From Solirubrobacterales bacterium (GTDB lineage Bacteria > Actinomycetota > Thermoleophilia > Solirubrobacterales > 70-9): a stretch of 64,000 nt of DNA. The stretch lies in NCBI GenBank assembly GCA_035693025.1, contig DASSHI010000038.1, positions 41,416 through 105,415 of the forward strand, read 5' to 3'. Position numbers and translations under genes: made by a program. The notes under the pieces are model-generated. The model worked only from the letters and a program-made list of their open reading frames with translations. It searched no databases and was not told the origin of the DNA. This document shows positions 51,590-60,902 of the stretch, in pieces; the first letter of the stretch is position 1, and every line of letters begins with the position of its first letter.

Positions 51590-52039
51590 ATGAGCGACGA
51601 CGCGCCGCACCCGAGCTCGCGAATCACCCCGGACACCGCTCGCGCCTTCCTGCCCGGCAGCTTTCCCGGCGACCTCGGGATCGAGCCGCTCGAGATCGAG
51701 GACACGCACGCACGCGGGCGGATCGTCGTCGACAAGCGGCACCTGCACCCCGGCGGCTTCGTCCACGGCGGCGTCTGGACCGCGCTCGGCGACACCGTCG
51801 CCGCCTGGTCGACCTTCCGCAGCATCCCGTCGGGTTACAACTTCACCACGATCGAGCTGAAGCTGAACGTCTTCGCTGCCGGCGTACTCGGCGACGAGAT
51901 CGTCGCCGTCGGCGAGCCGCTGCACGCGGGCAAGAGCACGGTCGTGATCGAGGTGCGGATGGAGCGCCGTCGCGAGGGCACCGAGCCGCGCTTGGCGGCC
52001 AACCTGATCGTCAGCCAGTTCGTCCTGCCGCCGGCTTGA
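51590..52039 (+). CDS. PaaI-family hotdog-fold thioesterase
   Basis: HPGGFVHGGVWTALGDTVA ... ELKLNVF pattern. Confidence 0.8.
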   Translation: MSDDAPHPSSRITPDTARAFLPGSFPGDLGIEPLEIEDTHARGRIVVDKRHLHPGGFVHGGVWTALGDTVAAWSTFRSIPSGYNFTTIELKLNVFAAGVLGDEIVAVGEPLHAGKSTVVIEVRMERRREGTEPRLAANLIVSQFVLPPA

Positions 52040-52587
52040 TCGACTACGTCTTCGGCTACGCCTCGCTGGTCGCGCTTGCGGATGAGAAGGCTGCGCTGGG
52101 TCGCCTGCGTGGCTTTCGGCGTAGCTGGGGCGTGGCGATGAACAACTGGGAGGGAGGGGCCCGGGTCAAGCACTGGCTCGACCGGGTTAGCGGCGAGCGG
52201 CCGCGCATTCGCGTTGCCTACCTCGACATATATGAGGACGCCGATTGCGCCGTGAACGGGCTCGCGCTTCCGATCGATGCCGAGCGGCTGCCGGCTCTCG
52301 ACGCGCGCGAGATCAACTACCGGCGCGTGGACGTCACCGCAGCTTTTGAGGGAGATGCCACCGGACAGGTCTTCACTTATGTCGGCCTAGACGCCGCCCG
52401 CGAGCGCTATCGCCAAGGCATCGACGAAGGCAACACCTTCGTCAGCCGCAGCTACCTCTCCGAAGTGCGCCGCGCCTTCGAGCGACTCAGCCCTGAGGAG
52501 CTACCTGAATTCGACCGCACCACCGACCCGCTCCCGCTCCCCGCAAGGGACCTTCTGAGAGTGGACGTGGAGGGCCGATCCCGGTAG
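52036..52587 (+). CDS. Gamma-glutamylcyclotransferase (AIG2/GGCT)-like protein
   Basis: TTG start. N-terminal YVFGYASL motif. The last six codons and the TAG stop lie in the repeat arm. Confidence 0.6.
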   Translation: MIDYVFGYASLVALADEKAALGRLRGFRRSWGVAMNNWEGGARVKHWLDRVSGERPRIRVAYLDIYEDADCAVNGLALPIDAERLPALDAREINYRRVDVTAAFEGDATGQVFTYVGLDAARERYRQGIDEGNTFVSRSYLSEVRRAFERLSPEELPEFDRTTDPLPLPARDLLRVDVEGRSR

Positions 52588-52687
52588 GGGTGAAACGTCT
52601 TGTACTTTTTCGTTCAGCCCCTCGGGCGTCAGCTGTAATCCAAACCACCGAAAAAGTTAAGTGGAACCCCTACCGGGATCGGTCCTC
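52570..52687. repeat. Palindromic ~115-nt intergenic element, copy 3
   Basis: Arms GAGGGCCGATCCCGGTAGGGGT / ACCCCTACCGGGATCGGTCCTC (21/22). The core matches copies 1 and 2. Confidence 0.85.
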
Positions 52688-55114
52688 GGCAACCGGTTCG
52701 GCCCCGGCAACCGGTTCATACCCCGGCGCTTCGAGCCCTTCTATGTAGGGCAGCCGCCAGAGCAGACTCGCGATGGTGAGGCCCACCGCCGAGCAGAGCA
52801 GCGCCAGGAACCACTGGCTCGCGCTGAGCAGGGTCATTTCGAAGAAGTCGCGCACCGGGGCGGCGGCGAGGATCAGCGCGAAGAGCGCGCCGAGCCCGGC
52901 GACCATCGCCAGCATGTAGCTCTGGATCGCGATGTGCTCGCGGCCGGGGCCGCGCTCGAGCAGGAGGACGAAGGCGAGGCCGAGCACGATCAGCGTCGTC
53001 GTCGCCGCGGTCCGGCCCTCGGCGAGCGAGCCGCCGAAGACGGTGTCGACGAAGAAGAAGCAGAGGATCGAGCCGAGCGCCGTAGCCAGGCCGGCCGGCA
53101 CGGCGAAGGCGGCCAGCGCGCGCAGCAGCCGGCCGCGGTAGAGCGGCCCGTCCGAGGGGGCGAGGGCGAGGACGAAGGAGGGCACGCCGATCGTCAGGAA
53201 GGCGGCCAGGGTGAGGTGGCGGGGCAGGAAAGGGAAGGCGAAGCCTGGCGCGGCGACGAGCACGATCAGCGCCGCCGCATAGACGCTCTTGGTCAGGTAG
53301 AGGCGGCCGAGGCGGTGGATGTTGCGGGCGATCCGCCGCCCCTCGGCGACCGCTTCCGGCAGCCGGGAGAACCGGTCCTCGAGCAGGACGACGTCGGCGA
53401 TCCCCTTGGTGACCTGGGCGCCGGAGCCCATCGCGACCGCGAGTCGCGCCTGCTTCAGCGCCGGCACGTCGTTGACCCCGTCGCCGATCATCGCCGTGTA
53501 GCGCCCCGAGGCACGCAGCGCCTCGACCAGCGCCTTCTTCTGCTCGGGCGCGATCCGGCAGAAGATCGTGTTGCGCTCGGCGGCGGCGGCGAGGCCCTCC
53601 GGGTCCTCGGGCAGCTCGGAGCCCTCGATCACGCCCGCGTCATTGGGCACTCCAACCGCGTAGGCGACCGCGGTCACCGTCGCCCGCGCGTCGCCGGAGA
53701 TCAGCTTCAGGTCGACTTCGGCCTCGCGCATGATCGCGATCGTCTCCGCCGCGTCAGCGCGCAGCGTCTCCTCCAGCACGACCAGGGCGACGGCGGCGAG
53801 TAGCGGCGGCGGGGCATGCGCCGGGTCGTCGGGAAGCGACTCGCTCGCCTGGGCGAAGGCGACGACCCGCCGCCCCGCCGCGGTTTCCTCGTCCAGCTTG
53901 CGCGCCAGCCCGGGCGGCAGCGTCAGCGCCCCCCCGGCGGCGAGGACGTCGGGTGCGCCGAGCACGTAGCTCGTGCCGCCGAAGCGCAGGCCGCTCCACT
54001 TCCATTTCGAGGAGAAGGCGACTTCGCCGTCGACTCGCTGCGGCTGCGCCGGGAACGCCTCGGCGACCGTCTCCAGCGTGCGGTTGCGGTCACCGGCGCT
54101 GGCGGCGAAGCGGCCGAGGGCCGCGCGGGCCTCGTCGGGATCGACCCCCTCCGCCACCTCGACCCCGAGCAGGCGCAGCTGCCCATCGGTGAGCGTGCCG
54201 GTCTTGTCGACGCAGATCGTGTCGACCGCGGCGAGGCTCTCGGTGGCGCTCATCTGCTGCACGAGCGTGTCTTTGCGCGCCAGCCGCACCGCGGCGACCG
54301 CGAAGGTGACGCTCATCAACAGCACCATCCCCTCGGGGATCAGGGTCACCAGGCCGGCGGTCGCCGTCTGCGCCGCTTCGACCAGGTCGGTGCTGCGCAG
54401 CTGGAAGGTGAGCAGCAGCAGGCCGGCGAGCGGCAGCATCGCCCAGGTGCAGGCGACGATCACCCGGTTGACCTCGCTCTGCAGCGGCGAGGGCGGGTGG
54501 CGAAAGGCTTTCGCCTCGCCCGCGAGCTTGCCGGCGTAGCTCTCCTCGCGCACCGCGTCGACCCGGTAGCGACCGGAGCCCGAGATCGCGAAGGAGCCGG
54601 AGAGGACCCGCTCGCCGACGTCCTTCGGCACGCCGTCGGCCTCGCCGGTCAGCATCGACTCGTCGAGCGTCATGCCGCGGCTGGCGATCGCTTCGCCGTC
54701 GGCGACGAGCTGGTCGCCGGGCTCGATCGCGATCACGTCGCCCGGGACGATCTCCTCGGCCAGCAGGCTGACCACGCTTCCGTCGCGCACGACTTTGGCG
54801 TGGGGGGCGACCAGCACCGCCAGCTCGTCGAGGGTCCGCTTCGCCTTCAGCTCCTGGCGGATGCCGATGTAGGAGTTGACGATCGCGATCAGGCCGAAGA
54901 CGGCGTCGGCGATCAGCCCCAGCGAGAGGATCAGCACGAAGAAGATCCCGATGATCAGGTTGAAGAGGGTGAAGACGTTGCCGGCGACGATGCTCGAGGT
55001 CGACCGCGAGGAGGTGTCCGGCGGCGGGCCGAGCTTGCGCAGCCGCTCGGCCGCCTCGGCGGCGCTGAGGCCGTGCTCGGCGGCTTGCGGCTGGTCGGGG
55101 ACGGTGGCGGCCAT
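52670..55114 (-). CDS. Cation-translocating P-type ATPase (P2/Ca-Mg type)
   Basis: CVDKTGTLT phosphorylation motif, TGEADGV, MIGDGVNDVPALK and 10 TM segments. Confidence 0.9.
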   Translation of the reverse strand: MAATVPDQPQAAEHGLSAAEAAERLRKLGPPPDTSSRSTSSIVAGNVFTLFNLIIGIFFVLILSLGLIADAVFGLIAIVNSYIGIRQELKAKRTLDELAVLVAPHAKVVRDGSVVSLLAEEIVPGDVIAIEPGDQLVADGEAIASRGMTLDESMLTGEADGVPKDVGERVLSGSFAISGSGRYRVDAVREESYAGKLAGEAKAFRHPPSPLQSEVNRVIVACTWAMLPLAGLLLLTFQLRSTDLVEAAQTATAGLVTLIPEGMVLLMSVTFAVAAVRLARKDTLVQQMSATESLAAVDTICVDKTGTLTDGQLRLLGVEVAEGVDPDEARAALGRFAASAGDRNRTLETVAEAFPAQPQRVDGEVAFSSKWKWSGLRFGGTSYVLGAPDVLAAGGALTLPPGLARKLDEETAAGRRVVAFAQASESLPDDPAHAPPPLLAAVALVVLEETLRADAAETIAIMREAEVDLKLISGDARATVTAVAYAVGVPNDAGVIEGSELPEDPEGLAAAAERNTIFCRIAPEQKKALVEALRASGRYTAMIGDGVNDVPALKQARLAVAMGSGAQVTKGIADVVLLEDRFSRLPEAVAEGRRIARNIHRLGRLYLTKSVYAAALIVLVAAPGFAFPFLPRHLTLAAFLTIGVPSFVLALAPSDGPLYRGRLLRALAAFAVPAGLATALGSILCFFFVDTVFGGSLAEGRTAATTTLIVLGLAFVLLLERGPGREHIAIQSYMLAMVAGLGALFALILAAAPVRDFFEMTLLSASQWFLALLCSAVGLTIASLLWRLPYIEGLEAPGYEPVAGAEPVAEDRSR

Positions 55115-55143
55115 AAGGGGACATTCAATAGGGTTCCCGGCGG

Positions 55144-56193
55144 ATGTCCTTGAAACTCGGACTCAATCTCGGCTACTGGGGCATCGGGCCCGCGGGAGAG
55201 GACGCCGTCGAGGTCGTGCAGGCGGCCGAGGCGGCCGGCTTCGAGTCGGTCTGGGCGGCCGAGTCCTATGGCTCAGACGTGGTCAGCGTGCTCGCCTGGC
55301 TGGCCCCGCAGACCAAGACGATCAACCTCGGAGCGGCGATCCTGCAGGTGCCGGCGCGTCCACCCGCGGCGGCGGCGATGGCCGGCGCGACGATCGACAA
55401 ATTGTCAGGCGGGCGGTTCCTCTTCGGCTTCGGGCCGTCGGGCCCGCAGGTCTCCGAAGGCTGGTACGGCGTGCCCTACGCGAAGCCGTGGGGCCGCACC
55501 CGCGAGTACATCGAAGTCGTGCGTGAGATCGTCGCCCGCGAGGGCAAGCTCGACCATCAGGGCGAGCACTACCAGCTGCCGCTGCCAGGCGGCGAGGGCA
55601 AGCCGCTGAAGCTCAACTTCCACCCCGAGCGCTCCCGGATCCCCGTCTTCGTCGGCGCTATCGGGCGCAAATCGGTCGAGATGGCGGCCGAGATCTGCGA
55701 CGGCTGGATCCCGATCTTCTTCTCGGTCGATGCCTTCGAGCAGACCTGGGGCGAGCACCTGGAGGCCGGTTTCGCCAAGGGCGGGCGGCAGCGCTCCGAC
55801 CTCGAGGTCAGCCCCTCGCTGCAGGTGGCGATCGACGGCGATCTGGAGGCGGCCAAGAACGTGGTCAAGGCCGGCCTCGTCCTCTACTTCGGTGGCATGG
55901 GCAGCCGCAAGACCAACTTCTACGTCGACCTGGCGCATCGCTTCGGCTTCGGCGACGTCGCCGACGAGGTCCAGCGCCGCTTCCAGGAGGGCGACAAAGG
56001 CGGCGCCTTCGAGGCGATGCCCGACGAGATCGTCGAGGCGACCTCGCTCGTCGGCAGCGAGGCCGAGGTGGCCGAGCGGATCGAGCGATTCCGCGGCGCC
56101 GGGATCGACCGCCTGATCGTCTCGCCGGTCCACACCGAGCGCGCCGAGCAGCTGAATACGATCGACCGCCTGGCTGCCCTGGTGGGCGGCTGA
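55144..56193 (+). CDS. LLM-class F420-dependent oxidoreductase
   Basis: Luciferase-like TIM barrel pattern LGLNLGYWG ... SVWAAESYGSD ... GRFLFGFGPSGPQV. Confidence 0.85.
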   Translation: MSLKLGLNLGYWGIGPAGEDAVEVVQAAEAAGFESVWAAESYGSDVVSVLAWLAPQTKTINLGAAILQVPARPPAAAAMAGATIDKLSGGRFLFGFGPSGPQVSEGWYGVPYAKPWGRTREYIEVVREIVAREGKLDHQGEHYQLPLPGGEGKPLKLNFHPERSRIPVFVGAIGRKSVEMAAEICDGWIPIFFSVDAFEQTWGEHLEAGFAKGGRQRSDLEVSPSLQVAIDGDLEAAKNVVKAGLVLYFGGMGSRKTNFYVDLAHRFGFGDVADEVQRRFQEGDKGGAFEAMPDEIVEATSLVGSEAEVAERIERFRGAGIDRLIVSPVHTERAEQLNTIDRLAALVGG

Positions 56194-56229
56194 CCCCTCC
56201 GGCCCTCATCCCATAATCTTCCGCGCCGC

Positions 56230-57348
56230 GTGAAAATCGGAGTGCCGAAAGAGACCGCCGATGGGGAGCGCCGGGTCGCGCTCGTCCCTGACATCGTCAG
56301 ATCGCTGAAGAAGAACGAGCACGTCGACGTGCTCGTCGAGCGCGGCGCGGGCGACGCCGCCGGCCATCCCGACTCCCAGTACGAGGACGCCGGAGCCGAG
56401 GTCGTCGATCCCGACGTCGCCTGGGGCGCCGACGTCGTCCTTCGCGTCGCCGCCCCCGCCGCCGAGCAGATCGGCAAGCTCAACTCCAACCAGCTCCTGA
56501 TCGGCCACCTCTCGCCCTGGACCGCGGCCGAGACCAACAAGGCGCTTGCCGCCGCCGGCGTGACCAGCTTCGCGATGGAGGCGGTTCCGCGGACGACCCG
56601 CGCCCAGGCGATGGACGCGCTCTCCTCGCAGGCCGCCGCCGGCGGTTACGCGGCGATGCTGATCGCCGCTCGCGAGTCGGGCCGCTTCTTCGGGATGATG
56701 ACCACCGCCGCCGGCACCGTGCCGCCGGCCAAGGTCCTCGTCCTCGGCGCTGGCGTCGCCGGGCTGCAGGCCGTCGCCACGGCGAAGCGCCTGGGCGCAA
56801 TCGTCACCGGCTTCGACATCCGCCGCGCCGCCTGGGAGCAGATCGCCTCGCTCGGCGGCCGTCCGCTCGAACTCGACTTCATCCCCGACGCCGAAGGCGA
56901 GGGGGGCTACGCGCGGCCGCTGACCGACGAGGAGAACGCTCAGGTGGTCGAGGCGATCGGCGAGAACGCCGCCAAGCAGGACGTGATCGTCACCACCGCA
57001 GCGATTCCCGGCCGGCCGGCGCCGCTGCTGATCACCGCCGAGGCGGTGCGCAACATGGAACCGGGCTCGGTGATCGTCGACCTCGCCGCGGAGACCGGCG
57101 GCAACTGCGAGCTGACCGAGGCGGGGCAGATCGTCGAGGAGGGTGGGGTCCGGGTGATCGGCCCGCGCAACCTGGCCAGTGAGATGCCGGTTCCGGCCTC
57201 TCAGCTCTACGCCAAGAACCTGGAGAACCTGCTCGGCCTGTTGATCGACGAGGAGGGCAAGCTGAACGTCGACTTCGAGGACGACATCGTCGCCGCCGCC
57301 TGCATCACCCACGGCGGCGAGATCCGCAACGAGAGGGCGGCCAAGTAG
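56230..57348 (+). CDS. pntAA: NAD(P) transhydrogenase subunit alpha part 1
   Basis: MKIGVPKET..ERRVALVP and the Rossmann motif VLVLGAGVAGLQA. Confidence 0.9.
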   Translation: MKIGVPKETADGERRVALVPDIVRSLKKNEHVDVLVERGAGDAAGHPDSQYEDAGAEVVDPDVAWGADVVLRVAAPAAEQIGKLNSNQLLIGHLSPWTAAETNKALAAAGVTSFAMEAVPRTTRAQAMDALSSQAAAGGYAAMLIAARESGRFFGMMTTAAGTVPPAKVLVLGAGVAGLQAVATAKRLGAIVTGFDIRRAAWEQIASLGGRPLELDFIPDAEGEGGYARPLTDEENAQVVEAIGENAAKQDVIVTTAAIPGRPAPLLITAEAVRNMEPGSVIVDLAAETGGNCELTEAGQIVEEGGVRVIGPRNLASEMPVPASQLYAKNLENLLGLLIDEEGKLNVDFEDDIVAAACITHGGEIRNERAAK

Positions 57349-57663
57349 ATGAGCCTGTTCACCGAGATCACGATCTTCGTGCTCGCCGTCTTCGTCGGCT
57401 TCGAGGTGATCTCGAAGGTGCCGACGACGCTGCACACGCCGCTGATGTCGCAGACCAACGCGATCCACGGCATCGTCATGCTCGGCGGGCTGATCGTCGT
57501 CGGCTACGCCAACGATCCGCTCGAGTACGTGATCGGCACGATCGCCATCGCCTTCGGCACGATCAACGTCGTCGGCGGGTTCATGGTCACCGACCGGATG
57601 CTCGGCATGTTCGCGAGGAAGCCGAAACCAAAGGCCGACGACAAGGGCGGGGCGGGCAAATGA
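57349..57663 (+). CDS. pntAB: NAD(P) transhydrogenase subunit alpha part 2
   Basis: 104-aa membrane protein lying between pntAA and pntB. HTPLMSQTNAIHGIV motif. Confidence 0.9.
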   Translation: MSLFTEITIFVLAVFVGFEVISKVPTTLHTPLMSQTNAIHGIVMLGGLIVVGYANDPLEYVIGTIAIAFGTINVVGGFMVTDRMLGMFARKPKPKADDKGGAGK

Positions 57664-59075
57664 TCGAGGCCGTGCTCAAGCCGGGCGGCGACGCCGCGAC
57701 GGCGCTCTACATCGTCGCCTTCTCGCTCTTCATCATCGGGATCAAACGCGGCACCCACCCGACGACGGCCAAGCAGGGCAACCTGATCGCCGCCGCCGGC
57801 ATGGCGGTCGCGGTCGTCACCACCCTGCTGCTCGACGGGATCGGCAACTGGGGCCTGATCGCGATCGGGCTCGGGGTCGGCGCCGCGATCGGCGTGATCG
57901 CCTCGGTGCGCGTGCAGATGACCCAGATGCCGCAGATGGTCGCCCTCTACAACGGCGTCGGCGGTGGCGCGGTGGCGCTGATCGCCTGGTCGGAGATCCG
58001 CCACGGGATCTCGCTCGGCGAGGACATCCCGCTCGACACGCTGATCCCGGTCCTCTTCGCCGGGGTGGTGGGCTCGATCTCCTTCTGGGGCTCGAACATC
58101 GCCTTCGCCAAGCTCCAGGACCTGATCCCGACCCGGCCGCTCGCCGTTCCCGGCCAGCAGGTGATCAACGCCGTGCTGCTGATCGGCATCGTCGCCGCCT
58201 GCGTCGACATCGCGCTCAACAACGGCGACCCCTCGCAGGGCCTCTTCATCGCGATCCTGATCGCCGCGGCGCTGCTCGGCAACCTCGTCGTGCTGCCGAT
58301 CGGCGGCGCCGACATGCCTGTCGTGATCTCGCTGCTCAACGCCTTCACCGGCCTCTCCGCGGCGGCGGCCGGCTTCGCGCTCGACAACGTCGCGCTGATC
58401 GTCGCCGGCACGCTGGTCGGCTCCTCGGGAACGATCCTGACGATGGAGATGGCGACGGCGATGAATCGCTCGGTGGCGAACATCCTCTTCGCGGGCTTCG
58501 GCGGCGCGCCGGCCGGTGGCGGGGGCGGGGACGGCGAGGAACGCCCGCACACCGCGATCGGCGCCCAGGACGCGGCGATCAAGCTCGCCTACGCCGACAC
58601 GGTCACGATCGTCCCCGGCTACGGCCTCGCGGTCGCCCAGGCCCAGCACGCGATCAAGGAGGTCGCCGACGAGCTGGAGAAGCGCGGCGTCACGGTCAAC
58701 TACGCGATCCACCCCGTGGCCGGCCGCATGCCCGGCCACATGAACGTGCTGCTCGCCGAGGCCGACGTGCCCTACGAGCAGCTCCGGGAGATGGAGGAGA
58801 TCAACCCGGAAATGCCGCGCACCGACGTTGCCGTGGTGGTCGGCGCCAACGACGTCACCAACCCGGCGGCGAAGAACGATCCCGACAGCCCGATCGCCGG
58901 CATGCCGATCATCGAAGTCTCCGAGGCCCAGCAGGTGATCGTGATCAAGCGCTCGCTCAGCCCGGGCTTCGCCGGCATCGACAACGACCTCTTCTACGAA
59001 CCGAACACCTCGATGCTCTTCGCCGACGCCAAAGCCGCCGCCGGCGAAATAGCCGCCGAGATCGGCGAGCTCTAA
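57660..59075 (+). CDS. pntB: NAD(P) transhydrogenase subunit beta
   Basis: N-terminal TM bundle. C-terminal dIII domain sequence PGYGLAVAQAQH ... AIHPVAGRMPGHMNVLLAEA. Confidence 0.9.
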   Translation: MIEAVLKPGGDAATALYIVAFSLFIIGIKRGTHPTTAKQGNLIAAAGMAVAVVTTLLLDGIGNWGLIAIGLGVGAAIGVIASVRVQMTQMPQMVALYNGVGGGAVALIAWSEIRHGISLGEDIPLDTLIPVLFAGVVGSISFWGSNIAFAKLQDLIPTRPLAVPGQQVINAVLLIGIVAACVDIALNNGDPSQGLFIAILIAAALLGNLVVLPIGGADMPVVISLLNAFTGLSAAAAGFALDNVALIVAGTLVGSSGTILTMEMATAMNRSVANILFAGFGGAPAGGGGGDGEERPHTAIGAQDAAIKLAYADTVTIVPGYGLAVAQAQHAIKEVADELEKRGVTVNYAIHPVAGRMPGHMNVLLAEADVPYEQLREMEEINPEMPRTDVAVVVGANDVTNPAAKNDPDSPIAGMPIIEVSEAQQVIVIKRSLSPGFAGIDNDLFYEPNTSMLFADAKAAAGEIAAEIGEL

Positions 59076-59137
59076 GCGCTCTTCGCAGTTTGCGGCCCGG
59101 GCGGGGAGATTTTCCCTTCCCCCGGGCTTAGAGATGT

Positions 59138-60025
59138 GTGAACGAGCGCGGGCAGGGGACGGTGGAGTTCGTCGGACTGCTCGGCGTGCTGGCGCTGCTG
59201 TTCGTCGCGCTCCTCGCCGCCGGGGTGCAGGTGCCGGGGACGGGGTTGGCGCGGGCGGTGGCGTCGCGGATGCTCTGCGCCGTCGCGATGGCCGACGGGT
59301 GCGGGGACGAGCCGACGCTGATCGCCGCCTACGGCGATGAAGTCGGCCGGCTGGTGCGGCGGCACATGCCGACGATCATGCTCGAGCGCGGCTCGCGGGC
59401 GCTGCCGGTCGACTTCAGGCGTTGCAGGGAGACCGCCTGCGGCGACGGGACGCCCCGCGGCCTCGTCCACCGGACCGATCGCGGCGAGCACGTCACCGCC
59501 TTCGTCCACGTGCTCGATCGGCGCGACGAGTCCGGTGGGGGCTACCTGTACCTGCAGTACTGGCTCTACTACGCGGACTCGGCCACCCTGCGCGGCATCC
59601 CCATCGTGGGGAACGAGGGCTATCACCACGACGATTGGGAAAGCGTGCAGATCCGGATCGGCGCTGACGGCGAAGTGGACGAGCGGGCTTCGTCCCACCA
59701 CGGCTACAACTACGCCCAGAGCATCGCCAACGCCGGCTCCGACCTCGGCTCGGATCCGCTGCGCGAAGCGGCCGAAGACCTCGGCGCGCGACCGCACGGC
59801 GGCTGGGGGCCGGAGACCAGACTTCTGTTCGTCTCCGGCGGCAGCCACGCGGGCAACGCCGAAGGCTTCCTCGGCAACGTCGATCGGATCGTTTCCGGCC
59901 GTCGCGTCCACCTCGTCCCGCTCGAGCCGATCGCCGCGGCCGAAGGGGACGCCTACCGCTTCGTCGTCACCCCGCCCTGGCGGAAGCGCGTCTGGCGGGA
60001 CCCGGAGGCGGCCGGCACTGACTGA
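59138..60025 (+). CDS. Hypothetical protein with TadE/pilin-like N-terminus and Vps62/DUF946-like core
   Basis: ERGQGTVEFVGLLGVLALL prepilin-like start. YLYLQYWLYYADS ... YHHDDWESVQIRI resembles the H-x-x-DWE motif of Vps62-type proteins. This is recalled from memory, not searched. Confidence 0.5.
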   Translation: MNERGQGTVEFVGLLGVLALLFVALLAAGVQVPGTGLARAVASRMLCAVAMADGCGDEPTLIAAYGDEVGRLVRRHMPTIMLERGSRALPVDFRRCRETACGDGTPRGLVHRTDRGEHVTAFVHVLDRRDESGGGYLYLQYWLYYADSATLRGIPIVGNEGYHHDDWESVQIRIGADGEVDERASSHHGYNYAQSIANAGSDLGSDPLREAAEDLGARPHGGWGPETRLLFVSGGSHAGNAEGFLGNVDRIVSGRRVHLVPLEPIAAAEGDAYRFVVTPPWRKRVWRDPEAAGTD

Positions 60026-60034
60026 GCGCGCGCC

Positions 60035-60078
60035 GATGGAGGCCTTTGGGGGTCCATAGACCCCCAAAGGCCTCCATC
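60035..60078. terminator. 20-bp perfect hairpin between convergent genes
   Basis: GATGGAGGCCTTTGGGGGTC-CATA-GACCCCCAAAGGCCTCCATC. It begins 10 nt after one stop codon and ends 2 nt before the other. Confidence 0.7.
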
Positions 60079-60079
60079 G

Positions 60080-60850
60080 TCACTTCGGCGGCATGCGCAG
60101 CGCCCCGTCGAGGCGGATCGTCTCGCCGTTGAGCATCGGGTTGGCGACGATCTGCTCGACCAGCTGCGCGTATTCCGCCGGGCGGCCGAGGCGCGAGGGG
60201 AAGGGGATGCCGGCGCCGAGCGCCTCGCGCGCCTCCCCGGGCAGCGCCGCCAATAGCGGGGTGTCGAAGAGCCCGGGGGCGATCGTCATCACCCGTACTC
60301 CGCGCGAGGCCATGTCGCGCGCCGCCGGCAGGGTCATGCCGACGATCCCGCCCTTGGAGGCCGAGTAGGCGATCTGGCCGATCTGCCCGTCGTAAGCGGC
60401 GATCGAGGCGGTGTTAACGCAGACGCCGCGCTCGCCTTCGGCGTCGGGCTCGTTCCCGCTCATCGCCGCCGCGGCCAGGCGCAGCACGTTGAAGGTTCCG
60501 ATCAGGTTGACCTTGACCACGTTGGAGAAGAATTCGAGGTTGTGGGGCCCGCCCTTGTGGGCGACGCGCTCCGCCCAGCCGATCCCCGCGCAGCAGACCG
60601 ACACCCGCAGCCCGTCCTCGCCCGCGGCCGTCGCCCGCTCGACAGCCGTCGCCACGGCCGCCTCGTCGGTCACGTCCGCGGAGAGGAAGCTCGCCCCCTC
60701 GCCGAGCTCCGCCGCGAGCGCCTCGCCCTTCTCGGCATTGAGGTCGGCGATGACGACTCGAGCGCCCGCGGCGGCCAGCATCCGTGCCGTCGCCTCGCCC
60801 AAGCCCGACGCCCCACCAGCAACCAGCGCTCCTTTTCCCGCCACCCGCAT
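60080..60850 (-). CDS. SDR family 3-hydroxyacyl-CoA dehydrogenase-like oxidoreductase
   Basis: GGASGLGEA cofactor motif and YSASKGG catalytic motif. Confidence 0.85.
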   Translation of the reverse strand: MRVAGKGALVAGGASGLGEATARMLAAAGARVVIADLNAEKGEALAAELGEGASFLSADVTDEAAVATAVERATAAGEDGLRVSVCCAGIGWAERVAHKGGPHNLEFFSNVVKVNLIGTFNVLRLAAAAMSGNEPDAEGERGVCVNTASIAAYDGQIGQIAYSASKGGIVGMTLPAARDMASRGVRVMTIAPGLFDTPLLAALPGEAREALGAGIPFPSRLGRPAEYAQLVEQIVANPMLNGETIRLDGALRMPPK

Positions 60851-60902
60851 GGACCAGGTTTTATCGTTTCGTGCGCATCTGGCGCGCCGACATCGTTACT
60901 GT

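Noticed and set aside
60849-60902. ATG 60849 as the egtB start (the first Met after the shadow part of ORF 60411-62078).
   Set aside because: It would place the start back-to-back with, and overlapping, the divergent SDR start codon (60850), leaving no promoter space. GTG 60903 is preferred, with low certainty.
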